Assembly (NCBI RefSeq): GCF_963921235.1
Contig: NC_086097.1
Coordinates: 138,882,001-138,946,000, forward strand
DNA: 64,000 nucleotides
Source: Mobula hypostoma
Lineage: Eukaryota
Direction of reading: 5' to 3'
Of this stretch, positions 39,710 through 52,261 are shown in pieces. Both the position numbers and the translations under genes were made by a program. The notes under the pieces are model-generated. The model saw only the letters and a program-made list of their open reading frames with translations, made no database searches and was not told the origin of the DNA. How positions within the stretch are numbered: position 1 is the first letter of the stretch; every line of letters starts with the position of its first letter.

Positions 39710-41645
39710 AAGCAACACACACAAAATGCTGGAGGAACTCAGCAGGCCTGGCAGCATCTATGGAAAAGAGTAAACAGGCGCCGTTTCAGGCCGAGGCCCT
39801 TCATCAGGACTGGAAAGGAAGGGGAGACGTCAGAGCGAGAAGGTGGGGGGAAGGGAGGAAGGAGTGCAAGGTGGCAGGTGATAGGTGAAACTAGGAGAAG
39901 GGGAGGGGGTGAACTAGATTGGTGACAGAGATGAAGGGCTGAAGAAGGAGGAATCTGATAAAAGAGAACAGAAGGCCCTGGAAGAAGGGAAGTGAGAGGA
40001 GCACCAGCGGGAGGTGTTGGGCAGGTAAGGAGATAAGGTGAGAGAGGGAAACAGGAACTGGGGAAGTGAGGGCATTACTGGAAGTTCAAAATATCGACAT
40101 TCATGCCATCAGGTTGGTGGCTGCCCAGACAGAATATAACGTGTTTCTCCTCCAACCTGAGTGTGGCCACATCACGGCAGTAGAGGAGGCCATGGACTGG
40201 CCCATCAGAATGGGAATGGGAAGCAGAATTGAAATAGGTGGCTACAGGAAGATCCTGCTTTTTTTGGTGGATGGAGCGTTGTTGCTTGGTGAAGCAGTCC
40301 TCCAATCTACGTTGGGTCTCACCAATTTATAGGAGGCCACACTGGGAGCATTGGATACAATAGATGACCCTGACAGACTCACAGGTGAAGTGTCACCCCA
40401 ACTGGAAGGACTGTTTGGGGCCCTGAATGGTAGTAAGGGAGGAGGTGTAGGGGCAGATGTAGCATTTTTTCCGCTTGCAAGGATAAGTATCAGGAGGGAG
40501 ATCAGTGGAGATGGACGAGCGGACAAGGGAGTCGCATAGGGAGTGATCCTGTGGAAAGCAGAAAGTGAGGGCAGGGAAAGATGTACTTGGTGGTGGGATC
40601 CCGTTGAAGATGGCGGAAGAATTATGTGCTGTGTGCAGAGGTTAGTGGGGTGGTAGGTGAAGTCAAGAGGAACCTATCCCTGTTGTGGTGATGGGAGGAA
40701 GGGATGAGGGCGGACATGCGTGAAATGGAAGAGATGTGGGTGAGGGCATCATTGGTGGTGAAGGGAAGCCTCTTTCTTTGAAGAAGGTGGACATCTCATT
40801 AGCTCTGGAATGAAAAACCTCACTCTGAGAGCAGATGTGCGGAGACAGAAGATCTGAGAAGATGGGATGGTATTTTTACAAGTTACAAAATGGGATGAGG
40901 TAAAATTTAGGTAGCTATGAGAATCAGTGGGTTTATAAAAGATATCAGTAGATAGACTGTCTCCAGAGATGGAGGCAGAAGGACAGAGGGAGAAAGGCAA
41001 GGGAGGTGTCAGAAATGGACCAAGTAAATTGGAGGGTGTAAGCTGGAGGCAAAGTTATTGAAGTCAATGAGCTCAGCATGGGTGCAGGAAGCAGGACTAA
41101 TGCACTCGTTGATGTAGCATAGGGAGAGCTGGGGAGCGATACCGGTGTAGGATTGGAACATGAACAGTTCCACATAGTCAATAGAAAGGCAGACATAGCC
41201 GGGACCCATGGCTATACCTTTGGTTTGGAGGAAGTGGGAGGAGCTGAAGGAGAAATTATTGAGACTAAGGAACAATTCCACCAGACGGATGAGAGCTGTG
41301 GTGGATGGGAACTGGGATTTTTGTCCAGAAAGAAGCAAAGAGCTTTAAAGGCCTCCTGATGGGGGATAGAGGTGTATAGGTGTAGGCCGTACTTAGTGAA
41401 AATGAGACGATCAGGCCAGGGATTTTAAAGTCATTGAAAAGATGAAGAGCGTGTGAAGTGTCACGGATGTAGGTGGGAAGGGACTGAACCCAGGGGATGA
41501 AACCTGCCTGTCCAGTTAGACACATTGTTTCTGCTTGTCCCTACCCCTTATATCTGCATACCTTGGCTCTGTTTTATGCCTCCTGGTTCACAGCCTTCCT
41601 ACTTACATCTACGATACTTCTCACGCTCATGATCTTTTCAATGTC
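39710..41645 (-). mobile_element. Penelope-like element: decayed RT, GIY-YIG endonuclease and terminal repeat
   Basis: FLQTKGIAMG, LCYINECI (decayed YIDD), TDIFYKPTDSHSYL, VIYCIQCSQCGLL*IGET; hammerhead-like terminus at 39775-39812. Confidence 0.9.
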
Positions 41646-41789
41646 TCAGTAGATGATTCCTCAATAACTTCCTCCCTTTCTGCAGCTGTGATCCTATCCC
41701 TGATTAGCAATGCCACATCCCAACTTTTTTACCTCCCTTCTTGTTCTTTTTACAACATCTAACAACCAGAGCATTGAGCAGACATTCCT

Positions 41790-42390
41790 GCCCTTGTGAC
41801 ACTCTCCTATCCAGCCATGTTACTATTTTCAAGGAGCTATGAATATGCACACCAAGGTCCATCTTTAGATGTACCTTCACATCTTTAGATGCATTCCTAA
41901 GGTCCCTGCCATTTGCTGTATATGTTCTCCCCCTTAATCCCCTTAATCATTATTGACCTCCCAAAATGAATTACCTCATACTTGACTGGATTAAACTGCA
42001 TCTGCCATTGTTCTGCCCAACTTTCCAATCTCTCTCTGCATCCTTTCACAACCTTCCGCCCAACTTCCCAATCTCTCTCTGCATCCTTTCACAACCTTCC
42101 TCACTATCTACAACTCCATTTTTGTGTCATCAGCAAACTTACTAATTAGACCATTCTTACCCAGGTTACTTAAACATATGCCAAAAATCACAGCACTGAT
42201 TCCTATGATACAGCACAGGTTACAGACTTCCAGTCAGACACACTTCCCTGGACCATTACCCTCAGCCCCTTAACACCAAACCAATTTTGGATCCAGTTTG
42301 TCAACACTCTTCAGATCCCCTGTGCCCTCACCTCTGAACCACCCTACTGTATAGTACTTACTAAATCAAGATAGATAATGTCTATCATTC
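41790..42390 (-). mobile_element. Old CR1 RT fragment containing a 43-bp tandem duplication (42015-42100)
   Basis: Minus strand encodes SKFADDTK; duplication directly visible. Confidence 0.65.
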
Positions 42391-45300
42391 CCCTTAGGTG
42401 CTTTCACATCCCAAAGGTTTTTGGCTGGTTAGGTGTTCACTAAAATAACCACAAGTGCTGCTGGGTTTTAGGAGGGAGTTCATCAGTGCATGGCAGAGAA
42501 TAGGTTCCGGGGAATTAAGTTGGGGAATGGAATTCTTCTTAGTGACAGAGGAGATTCTCAATAGCCTGCTCCTATTCATAACTAAATGTGAATGTTAAAA
42601 ATTTAAAGAGTGAATATTTATAGTTGAAAGTTGATATTAAAGTAATGAGTAAGTTATTGCAAGGTAGCATTTTTGTCTGAAACTCAGAAACTGGCAGCTC
42701 CTGCTGATGGTGCAACAGATATCTAAAATAGTTCAACATTGGAATAACACAGACCACCATATGTAGCCCATTATGAAAGGGACAGGTGGGGACTGTCAGC
42801 TTATTTGATGTATTATTCATAACTGCAGTTTCGTACAATGCAATTTAGATATCAAAGTGATGAAAAGATGCTGACTGGCAGAATATCCCATCACATTACC
42901 CACAGAAGGGGCGGATTGAGCATCTGTTGGTGCTGTAAAGCAATGTGCATATGATGTTAAGACAATCCTTCATAAGACCTCAGTGTTGTGCTTGTGAATT
43001 TGTTTATAAAATATCATGCATATTTTGTAAAACAAGCGGTAAATTTATTAGCTATTCCTTAGCTATGAAAATGGACAGACGATGTTTTGTAGTGTTTAAA
43101 ACACTTTGAAATTATTGAAAATACTAAAGAATTGTTTAAAATTGATCTATTTCTATTCAGTATAGCCATATTATGATTGGAGGTAAACACTAGAGAGAAG
43201 GTATCCCGGCTTTTATCTCCATTAAACAACATAGTTCTCCTTAAGTATAGAAGATGCTTCTGTAAGCAGTTTAGAATGTTTTACTTCAGTGTTCATTACA
43301 ATATTAAACATGGCTCCTTTGAGTTAAAAAAAGGTCATGGGTCAAGCCCCCCTCCAGGGGCATGAAGTGTTCCATGCTGACCTCCCATCTCTAAGACAAG
43401 GTTCAATATCAGGAACTGTCTTCTGCCTTGAATGGATGTGAAAAACCCCAGCAATTGTGCTCTCTCTGTGTCCCTGCTGATGCCATACCTTGTTCAACAG
43501 GTTAAGTTGGTTTACCTAGCTTTTAAAAGTTAGGTGTTTAGGAGATCTTCCTGTGCTCTAATGGAGTGTCACATTACAGTTAACCAGTCTGGCTGTATTT
43601 CCTATAATTTTGCCGAATTTGTATGTGTGTTATTAGTTGGAATGTATTCAGTTATGCTCTGAGAACATAAAATGTAAGTCCTTCATTATTAGAAATTTTG
43701 CCTGAAGGTATTACTCTGATTGTAAAGCAGTGGATTTAAAATGCAGAACTCTGAAATCTAACTACAGTACTGCACATTGTTTATGTGTGTGGCCACAATA
43801 TGTTTAATAATGCCTGGTGAAATTTAACTATTACTGTTTTGATAATACCTTGAATGCAATTGAAAATTCATTTTATTTTAATCATTATTTTCATTAAACA
43901 TTTGAACATGTCATTACAATAAATAGGATTCAATTAATAAGGCATTAAATATTTGCATTAAATATGTTGAAATACAATAAATACTTGAACATAATGTAAT
44001 AAAAATGCTCATCATGGTTCATTTTTCAAAACTGAAATAGTGTTATGGATCCCTTGTAATTATGAAGGGCTTGTATAAATCACTTATCAACACACAACCT
44101 GTGGTACAGAGACAGATGCTGACCATGACCTTCATAGTCTAGAAATCACACACACTTCAAACCTGATTCACTCCTCAAATCACGTCATTAAGGAAGTAAA
44201 TATTTTACTCAGGAGTACTGGTTTAGCTGTCCTTGGCGGAGGAAATACAGGGTCAGGGCAATGGAGAGAGAGGGAATCCTTTGCTCTGACATTAAGGGAA
44301 TGAGTGGTGAGGCTGTTGATCCACTCTGCTTGTTGTGGCCCAGGAGGTGCACTGCGAGGAGTTAGGGAATGTACACAAGGTGATTAAAAAGGAATTGGAC
44401 CAGGTTCAAAAAGCATCTTCTCAGTGCGAGGGTGTAATGAAATGTGTCTTGAGGATTTTATATAATATTGTTCCTGCTCCTTATTGCTATTCTCCTTTTA
44501 GGAACCTAACACATGCTACTCAGATTCCTCTGTTAAAGGAGCAATGCAAGATTATCTCGGTACCCTTTCCGGAGCCCATATCATTGGCAGGCCTGCTTAA
44601 GGGAAGTGAACAATCTTTGGAGGGGATCAGACCAAAACAGAATGAGAATGGATACTTACCTACAACGGTTCCCCCTTGTGAATGTTAACATTCTTCCATG
44701 TTTACATTCACTTAATGAATGCCATGTTTCACAATAGAAGATGTCTCATTTGATAGAGTAAAGATTATGGAGAATGTGTGTTGCTGGACATCAGTTTGCA
44801 TTTTGGAAACAAATACATATTATTTTTACAAACAAATGTAATTAAAGAAACATGTTGTTCAAAACAAAGAGCTCTGAAGTAGAAACTTAATTTAAAAACG
44901 AAATAACATAGGAGTTGAACAACTCTGCTCAGCTGACAATGTTTTTCAGGGGTAAGGTTGTGTAACTCACTGTTTCTCTATAAAATACAATCAAGTGTGT
45001 TAGAGATCTCATTTAGTATTAGTTGCAGCTATGGTGGACTGGGATAAATTAACCTGCAGTTAATTCACTGAAGGGCCTACACAGACATGTGGTTCCAAAT
45101 CGCTCAAGTTATTGCACAACTTGGAGAAACAGAAATGGAGTCTGGAACAGTATAGAAAAATATTACAACAGATAGGAAGCCATTCAGTCTAACAGACTCA
45201 TACTGGCTCTGTGGATGATCTGTCCAAGGCTTTCTATCACTAATTAAGCATTTAACCTTAAACCATCTTTTCTTCTGTAAATCAGGTGTCGGAAAGTTAT

Positions 45301-46200
45301 TGATTTTCAGTTCAATTAGAACAAGGCAGCAACGTGAAATGACTGTAGGTTGGGAACTGGGAGGAAATGGGTCACCAGGACCCACATTGAATCCTAAACT
45401 CATCTGTTTTACCCAAGATGTTGACTGCCTTGCCAAGTGTTCTCACTTCTGATTTTATAGGAAACAGTAATAAATCAATTGTCCAGACAAACAAGAAGAG
45501 AGAAAAAATCGTTTCAACCAAACAACGGAAGAGTTTAATTTGGAGTCAGCCATGCGTGAGTTTGGAAGGCTGATTTGTGAGCTCACCAAGTTGTTTAAAA
45601 TTCTAACCCCTGTTATTGTTAAAATAGAAACGTTATTTTTTTCTGGCAGGGGAGTATAAAACTAGAGCCAGGCCGTTCTGGGGCAGTAACGGGAGGGTGC
45701 AGATTTTCCGGGGATTTTCCGGGGAAGGACATCATTATTAGGTTGTAGTTTATGGAGATCGATTGATTTTATTTAACGAGGTGACATGTTTGTGAAATAA
45801 ACATAAGGCAGGAACTGGAGATCTAGTGCATATCACTGATGATGGAACAAATTTGAGGGACTGAGTGACCTCCACCCTTTCCTGTGTTCTAATAAATAGA
45901 TGAAAGCCGTGAACCAACAGGAACATGTTATGTGGGAGGAGAAATGGGTTACTGGATTTGTAATTTGTTTCCAAGTTCGCAAATGCTAGAATGCTGATTC
46001 TCAGGCAGACCTGAAGTGGCCGAGGAGCATTTGCTATATCTACTCGTCAGGCAACGGGACAAAGTGGAGATTGCTTGGGAATTGCACGTTCTCTGTCCTT
46101 TGCAGAGGAGGGGTCTGGGCAGTTTGATTGTTTTTTTTCCGACTGTTTTAAAGTTGTACCTTGTGTAAAGAACGAGTTTAGGACCCACCACACCATACCA

Positions 46201-46950
46201 TTAGTCGTTAGTAATCATCTCCTCTGCTCCCAGTGAAAATCGATGGTTGGGGGAACTCAGGCGGAAGTTGAAGGATCCATAGATCTTCCCCGACCTGCCA
46301 GCCAATGAGAACCTCTGGCGCCGGTACAACTCGCCTTTGCAGATGGATATCATCAGCAAGGTGGAGAGCAGCATCCCGCCGAGAGTGAGGAGTCCAAGGC
46401 CAGCGATCACACACCTGTCCAGGTGAGCTCCCACGCGGGCACTCTGCCGCTGCAATTGCTCCATTTCCCGGGCTGAAACACTGTCCGGATCCACGCTCAC
46501 ATCCCGGGGGATGACGTAGGATATGATGACCAGACTGATGCCACTACAGAGAAAGAGCAGAGCGCTGATGAAGCCATAGTCCACTGGGGAGTCGGAGAGA
46601 TCGGGCGAGATGTCCTCGGAGAGAGACGAGAGTTCTCGCAGCTCCTCGGGTGCCGGTCTGCCGTCGCCACAGGCGCCTTGGTAACACGGAGGGCTGCAGC
46701 TTCCGTCCGACAGCGGGGAACACGCGCGCTGGAGATTGACATTTTCATCAATGTAGGAGAAGGAAGTTTCCAGTTGCTGGTGACAGCATACCTTGGAGTC
46801 CGGGCGCTCCGCTTTAAAGCCGGCACTCTGCATCGGCGCTGTCCCAGGTGCTGAACTGGAGACCGGGCCATGGATACCCCAGCTTAGTTCCTTCCAATGT
46901 CCAGAGTGCGCCCGGTCTTCGCCCAGAAACACCAGCTCCACTGAAGTCAT
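46201..46950 (-). CDS. TMEM74: TMEM74-family transmembrane protein, 249 aa, uninterrupted CDS
   Basis: LETSFSYIDENVNL, DYGFISALLFL (TM1), AREME, HLDRCVIAGL..LLTLGG (TM2), KGELYRR, YGSFNFR match the family; TMEM74 vs TMEM74B not resolved. Confidence 0.93.
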   Translation of the reverse strand: MTSVELVFLGEDRAHSGHWKELSWGIHGPVSSSAPGTAPMQSAGFKAERPDSKVCCHQQLETSFSYIDENVNLQRACSPLSDGSCSPPCYQGACGDGRPAPEELRELSSLSEDISPDLSDSPVDYGFISALLFLCSGISLVIISYVIPRDVSVDPDSVSAREMEQLQRQSARVGAHLDRCVIAGLGLLTLGGMLLSTLLMISICKGELYRRQRFSLAGRSGKIYGSFNFRLSSPNHRFSLGAEEMITND

Positions 46951-49221
46951 GATCTCCCTCAGTGCCTCCCTTCTCTCACTCGCAGAGAGCGTTCTTTAAG
47001 CCATCTCCGAAAACTGCACTTTATGCACACTGAGCCGTGGCTCGCCGTGGAGTGGACAAGGAATCGCCTAGTGCCACTACCCCTCCGTACCACTAAAAGT
47101 CAACAACTGCGTCCCACATCTCCACCGTAATGTTGTCTGTAAATCACTTCGTCTTGGGGAAATGCATTTCACTATCCGTCTGTAGACTCCGACAATTGGC
47201 AATATGCCGATCCGAGACTTGCCTCTGTTGACATAAAGGACACATTCGCTGAAACGACGGACCGGTAGGGCGGTCACTCTACACAAGTGCTTCGGTGCAC
47301 TATGGACACGGGAGCTCCAGCCCGCGATCCGCACACCCCATTTAATGCGGACAGTTAACGTCGTTAAATCTTGCACCAAGATCGCGGCAATGTTTGCAGA
47401 AAACAATAGCTCCTACGCTCTCACCCCCACAGTCAGACCCACCTCACACCCCGCCCACTTCACATTTAACCCCACACTCCAGCCTCTCACACCTCGCCTA
47501 CCTCAGTTACTACCCAACACTCTACCCCTTCACACCTCGCTTACTACCTCACACTCCAACCTCCTCACACCTCGCCCACCTCACTGAAAACTCCACGACC
47601 CCATGCATTCACTCCACTATCACCACCCGCATCTTCCCCCAACTGTCAACCCCAGCTCCCACGCCCCAGGGCGACGCCTCTGCAAATGATTTACAACAGC
47701 TTCAGAAGCACAGAATCAAATTAATCCAACCTAGCAGATGGCGAGGTCCCATCCACTTAAATCGCGTGCTTTAATTAGCTGGGTTTCTGACGCCGGCTTG
47801 GAAAGCAGCCAGAGAATTTGAACAGTGAACTTTCTCCCTGAACAATCTCCCTGTCAAAGCGATAAACTTCAGTAATCGCTTTCAAATCAACGTCCAACAG
47901 TGTCCCGAGCCAGCGTCCCGTCCCCGGCGCGAAGATGCTCGACTTGGCTGTACAGGAGCTGACCGCCTCCGTAGAACAGATAAGAGTGAACGAATCTTGA
48001 ACTGGCACTGACCACACGAACGCATCAGAATGTAAACAAGCCCCTTCATTTTTTTATTCCTGCAGACATTGCCCCGACGTACCTTCCTCGGCTCCCGAGT
48101 TTCGTCGCTCAGGGCGCACCCTGCACGGTGTGGTGCAGGCGAGCCGGACTTTGACCGAGAGCAGTGCTCGCACCGGTTCCGCCACTCCTCGGAGCTGCTG
48201 ATGTGTCAGTCCTGCGGATCGCAGCGGAAGCTCGGGACTCGCATCTCCACTGGGCGGAGGACTCTGGGAACTAGAGTCTCAGCATCCGATCGAGAGTATT
48301 TTCTCGCACTCTACCGTCTGCACAGTGAACAGCACCTGAGGCTGGAGCCCCGCAAGGAAACGGCTTTCACAACCCGACTGCATTCAGATTAAACAACGTA
48401 TAAAGTCACCGATTAAGGGGGAGAACAATTTGTGTTTTTTTTTACAGAGCGTCTTTCAGCCCAAAGCGTAGTATCTTAATAGAGCCTGGTCACTGTTCAG
48501 TTTGTCACATTAGACCCCACACCAAAGTTATAACATTCTGTGTTCTTCTTAATGGTCGGCAGTGAGGAGAACTACGGACATATGTATGGTCTGCTGAGGG
48601 GCTGGGAAGTGGAGGAGTATTATCTTAAAATGGGAACGGGGCGTTATCCCCAATACAAAGGGCCACTCTAACAACACCGGTCGAAAAGTGTTCGACCGGT
48701 CGACAGCGTTAACGTTTCTGGTTGACGGCCCGTCGACTCCACATTTCAGAACCACAAGATGGGCTTCTCTCTCCGCGGGCGCTGGCCGACCTTCTGTTTT
48801 TTTTTCTCCTCCGGCTTTCTCGCTTTTTGTTGCGGTTTTCCAGCATCTGCAGTCTTGTTTCGCATTAAAAGTGCGTCGCTTCCTTGGAAATGCCTGGCAG
48901 GTTTCCGACGGGGTGGGGGTTAGTTTGGCTTACTGGGAGATGGGTGTTCACCGCATTAAGTCGATCGGCAAATTATTATAAAAGCCCAAAATTAAATGCT
49001 GATGCTGGAAATCTGAAATAAGAAGGAGAAGGACACGGAGATGTCATTTCAAGTCCGGGACTCTTCCTCAGACCTTCTGATACCTCGGCGTGTTTCAAAT
49101 AAGCATCGTTAAGTAATTATAACTTCAGGTGAACGCATATCGGAAACAGCACCAAAAAGAACCTCTAGTGCCGGTACATCTCTTCCTCCATGTCCCAGCT
49201 CCCGCCACGACACCGAAGGAA

Positions 49222-49280
<59 letters not shown>

Positions 49281-50100
49281 TCAGATTGGAGAGGATTTAG
49301 TGTGTCCACAACACGGTCGCATCAATAATGACGACACGCGGCGAAATTACTTTAGTTGCTATGGTGTCTGTTTACAGGAACTCATGACAGACGCGGTGCT
49401 ACTTTCCCATGCGCTCCTTCCACGCTGTTGTGTTGGAGGCCTTGGGCAGTAATTCGGTCCCTGGTTACTCAAGCGCCCGATGTTAACTGCAGCTGGTTTC
49501 TCTACCCCTCTCTCTCTCTCAGTGTGCGTGAGGAGTGGAGCGAGGAATGTGGGTGTATGGGGGTAAGGGGGACGGTGGTGGATAGCAGCCCCAGAACGAA
49601 CGGCGCCCCCCGAGTTAAATCTCACCCCACGTAGCAGATGTGAGAACGGCGAGACGGAGCCAACAGGGTCACTGGAGCACCTGTTGCTGGGGGCGAGAGG
49701 AACGACCATTTAAACCGACCCGGTGGTCGGACAAAGCTCCATGTCCGCGCGATTCGGAATCTGGTGGCTCGGGCAGACGGAGCGGGACGCAACTCTCCCA
49801 AACACTGACGATCGCTCTCCAAGTTCCCCCTCACTTCTCCCCCGGGGAGACCCATTTACCACGTGTGCCGCCACGGGACTGCCTCTTCATGTTTTATGAT
49901 CTACCCGACCCGAGGGGCGCTGGTTAGCGTGAATCACCGCGGATTCCTTGGAGAAATTTAATCTACGTCTCTCAGTGTTATTCATCGTTCCTGTTGCCGC
50001 TGTAGCCACGCCGCGTCAATTCCTTCCCTATGGAAACCAGAGAAGAAAGAAAGAGGGTAGATAGTCGAAGGTCGAGGGAGAGGGCGGTCGCAGTGTAGGG
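46230..50100. promoter_or_regulatory. CpG-rich island over the TMEM74-like CDS and upstream region (likely promoter)
   Basis: CpG visibly abundant compared with CpG-depleted flanks. Confidence 0.7.
49223..49275. repeat. (TG)n microsatellite
   Basis: Directly visible. Confidence 0.97.
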
Positions 50101-50205
50101 TAGATTGTCAGAGTAGGTGACCAGGATCGAGGTAGATAGAGTCTCAGTCTAGCGAGACAGACTTTCACTCAAGGTGGAAAATCTAATACTGTAATAGAGA
50201 ATATT

Positions 50206-50518
50206 AGTGCAAAGAATATCATGGACGAAACGAATATCTAACGAGGATGTCATGAACAGAGCAAACACTAAAAGGGAAATAATGTATGGGATCATGAAAA
50301 GGCAACGTAACTTCATTGGACATGTGATTAGGAAAGTGGAGTTAGAATGCACGGTAATTATGGGATAGATTGAAGGGAAGATAGCAAGAGGAAGACAAAG
50401 ACAAATGATGATGGAGACAGCAGCCAGAGAATTGGAAATGAATACCAATGAATTGATCCACTTGACCCGAAAGAGGAGTGTGTGGGCCATGGCAGTCAAA
50501 GCTCAAACCTGATGATGA
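50206..50518 (+). mobile_element. RTE-clade LINE 3' end
   Basis: RISWTKRISNEDVM..KRQRNFIGHVIRK..IEGKIARGRQR; (TGA)n tail. Confidence 0.8.
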
Positions 50519-51723
50519 ATAGAGACTATCGCTTTAGGCTGAGAAGGGGTAAGTTTAAAGGAGACTGTAGACATTTTTTTTGGTCTGGATTCTTTTTAGA
50601 CATTGGGTAGTATGAATGCGGAGAGACCAGTGGAAGGAACGCACTGCCGGGAAAGTGCTGGATGCAGATACGACAGTAACACTAAAGCGGCACATGAACC
50701 GGAATGGAGGAGTATGGACCACGTGCGGGCAGATCGTATTAATTTGGATTGGCAACATGGTCTGCAGGGACGCGGTGAACCGGAAGGCTGTTCGAGTGCT
50801 GTACCGTTCTATATAGGAGGGAAGGGATAAGGAAAGGGACTGTTGCCGGGGAGAGGGTGAACCTCTTCAGCAACAACGTCCTGAGACATAGGGTGAGCTA
50901 ATAGGCCTTAAGAGCTAATGGGTGGACTGAGCCAGTCTTTGGGGGTCAACTTGGAGATTTTTCACAGACCCTGCATGGGCTTGATGGGTCGAGTGGCCTG
51001 CTGAGAAGTTGCACTGAAGTGAATAAAGAATTATGACCCTTGGACCCTTGATGCACTGAGCTCCTCCGGCAGAAATGTTTGCTGCTCCGGAGTCCCTGAG
51101 ATTTAGGTCTGTACTACTGAACTGCTCCTAGACAGTAATAACCTTTTGTCAAGGTGTGTACTGACAGATGACTAAAACCAGGTGTGGATGAGCAACAGAC
51201 TCCCCCATGTAGAGATGGAAACAAGAGTTTGTTCATAGGAATTCCAAGAGAACATCAGTGGCTTGACAGGGCAACACCATGAAGTAAATCATTCTCAAAA
51301 CACAAGAACCCCACAATAAGCACTAATGGGGAATCTGCTTTAAATAATCAAAGTATGTAGAAAACCCATGCCAGTCAAAATAAACTTAACAAGGTTAAAC
51401 ACAAGGACTTACTGACTCTGGAAAAGACAACAATTAGCAATCACAGGTGCACCTGTCCACTGAGCTCACGACAATTTCTATAAATCATGGGATTAAGGTG
51501 CTTTCAGAACAGAGCCAGGATTTATTGCCAATGTAGTGACCTTGAACTCTCAGTTACTTATCAATTTAATTTTCCTTCTGATTCCACTCTGGTGTATCTC
51601 TATGTGGCCTACCATCTGTTGTAACAAGTTCCAAGGCAAATTAAGAGTCAAGATTTAATTCATGATCTCTGATACCTGTATTAGAACTAGCCAGGACTAA
51701 TGGAGGGCAAACACATACGAGAT

Positions 51724-52225
51724 GTTGGAGGAGCAACACCTCATATACCATCTAGGTATGTCCATACATGGCCTCTTCTACTGCCATGATGAGGCTAAAC
51801 TCAGGTTGGAGGAGCAACACCTCATATACCATCTAGGTAGTCTCCAGCCCCTTGGTATGAAGATTCAATTCCGGCAATACCCTCCCCCTCCCTTCCCCAT
51901 CCCAGTTTCACTCTGCCTCCTCCCTCAGCTGCCTACTACCTCCCTCATGGTTCCACCTCCTTCTACTACCCTTTCCCCTATACTTTCTTCACCTTTCCTG
52001 CCTATCACCTCCCTGCTTCCCCTTCCCCACCCCTTTATCTTTTCCCTTACTGGTTTTTCACCTGGAACCTACCAGCCTTCTCCTTCCCACCCTCCCCCCA
52101 CCTTCTTTATAGGGCCTCTGCCCGTTCCCCCTACAGTCCTGACGAAGGGTTCCAGCCCGAAATGTTGACTGATCATTTCCGCGGATGCAGCCCGACCTGC
52201 TGAGCTCCTGCAGCGTGTTGTGACT
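51724..52225 (+). mobile_element. 5'-truncated Penelope-like element with a 35-bp 5' direct duplication
   Basis: HGLFYCHDEAKLRLEEQHLIYHLGSLQPLGM (GIY-YIG C-terminus), pyrimidine tract, terminal motif. Confidence 0.85.
52134..52171 (+). ncRNA. Minimal type I hammerhead ribozyme motif
   Basis: CAGUC CUGACGA A GGGU UCCA GCCC GAAA UG UU GACUG: perfect stem I, 4-bp stem II, conserved core. Confidence 0.7.
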
Positions 52226-52261
52226 GATGGAGGGCATCAGTTTGCAGAATTAAGTCAGGTT

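Noticed and set aside
48069..48392. 107-aa plus-strand ORF in the CpG island
   Set aside because: Non-ATG start, no recognisable homology; expected by chance in GC-rich DNA
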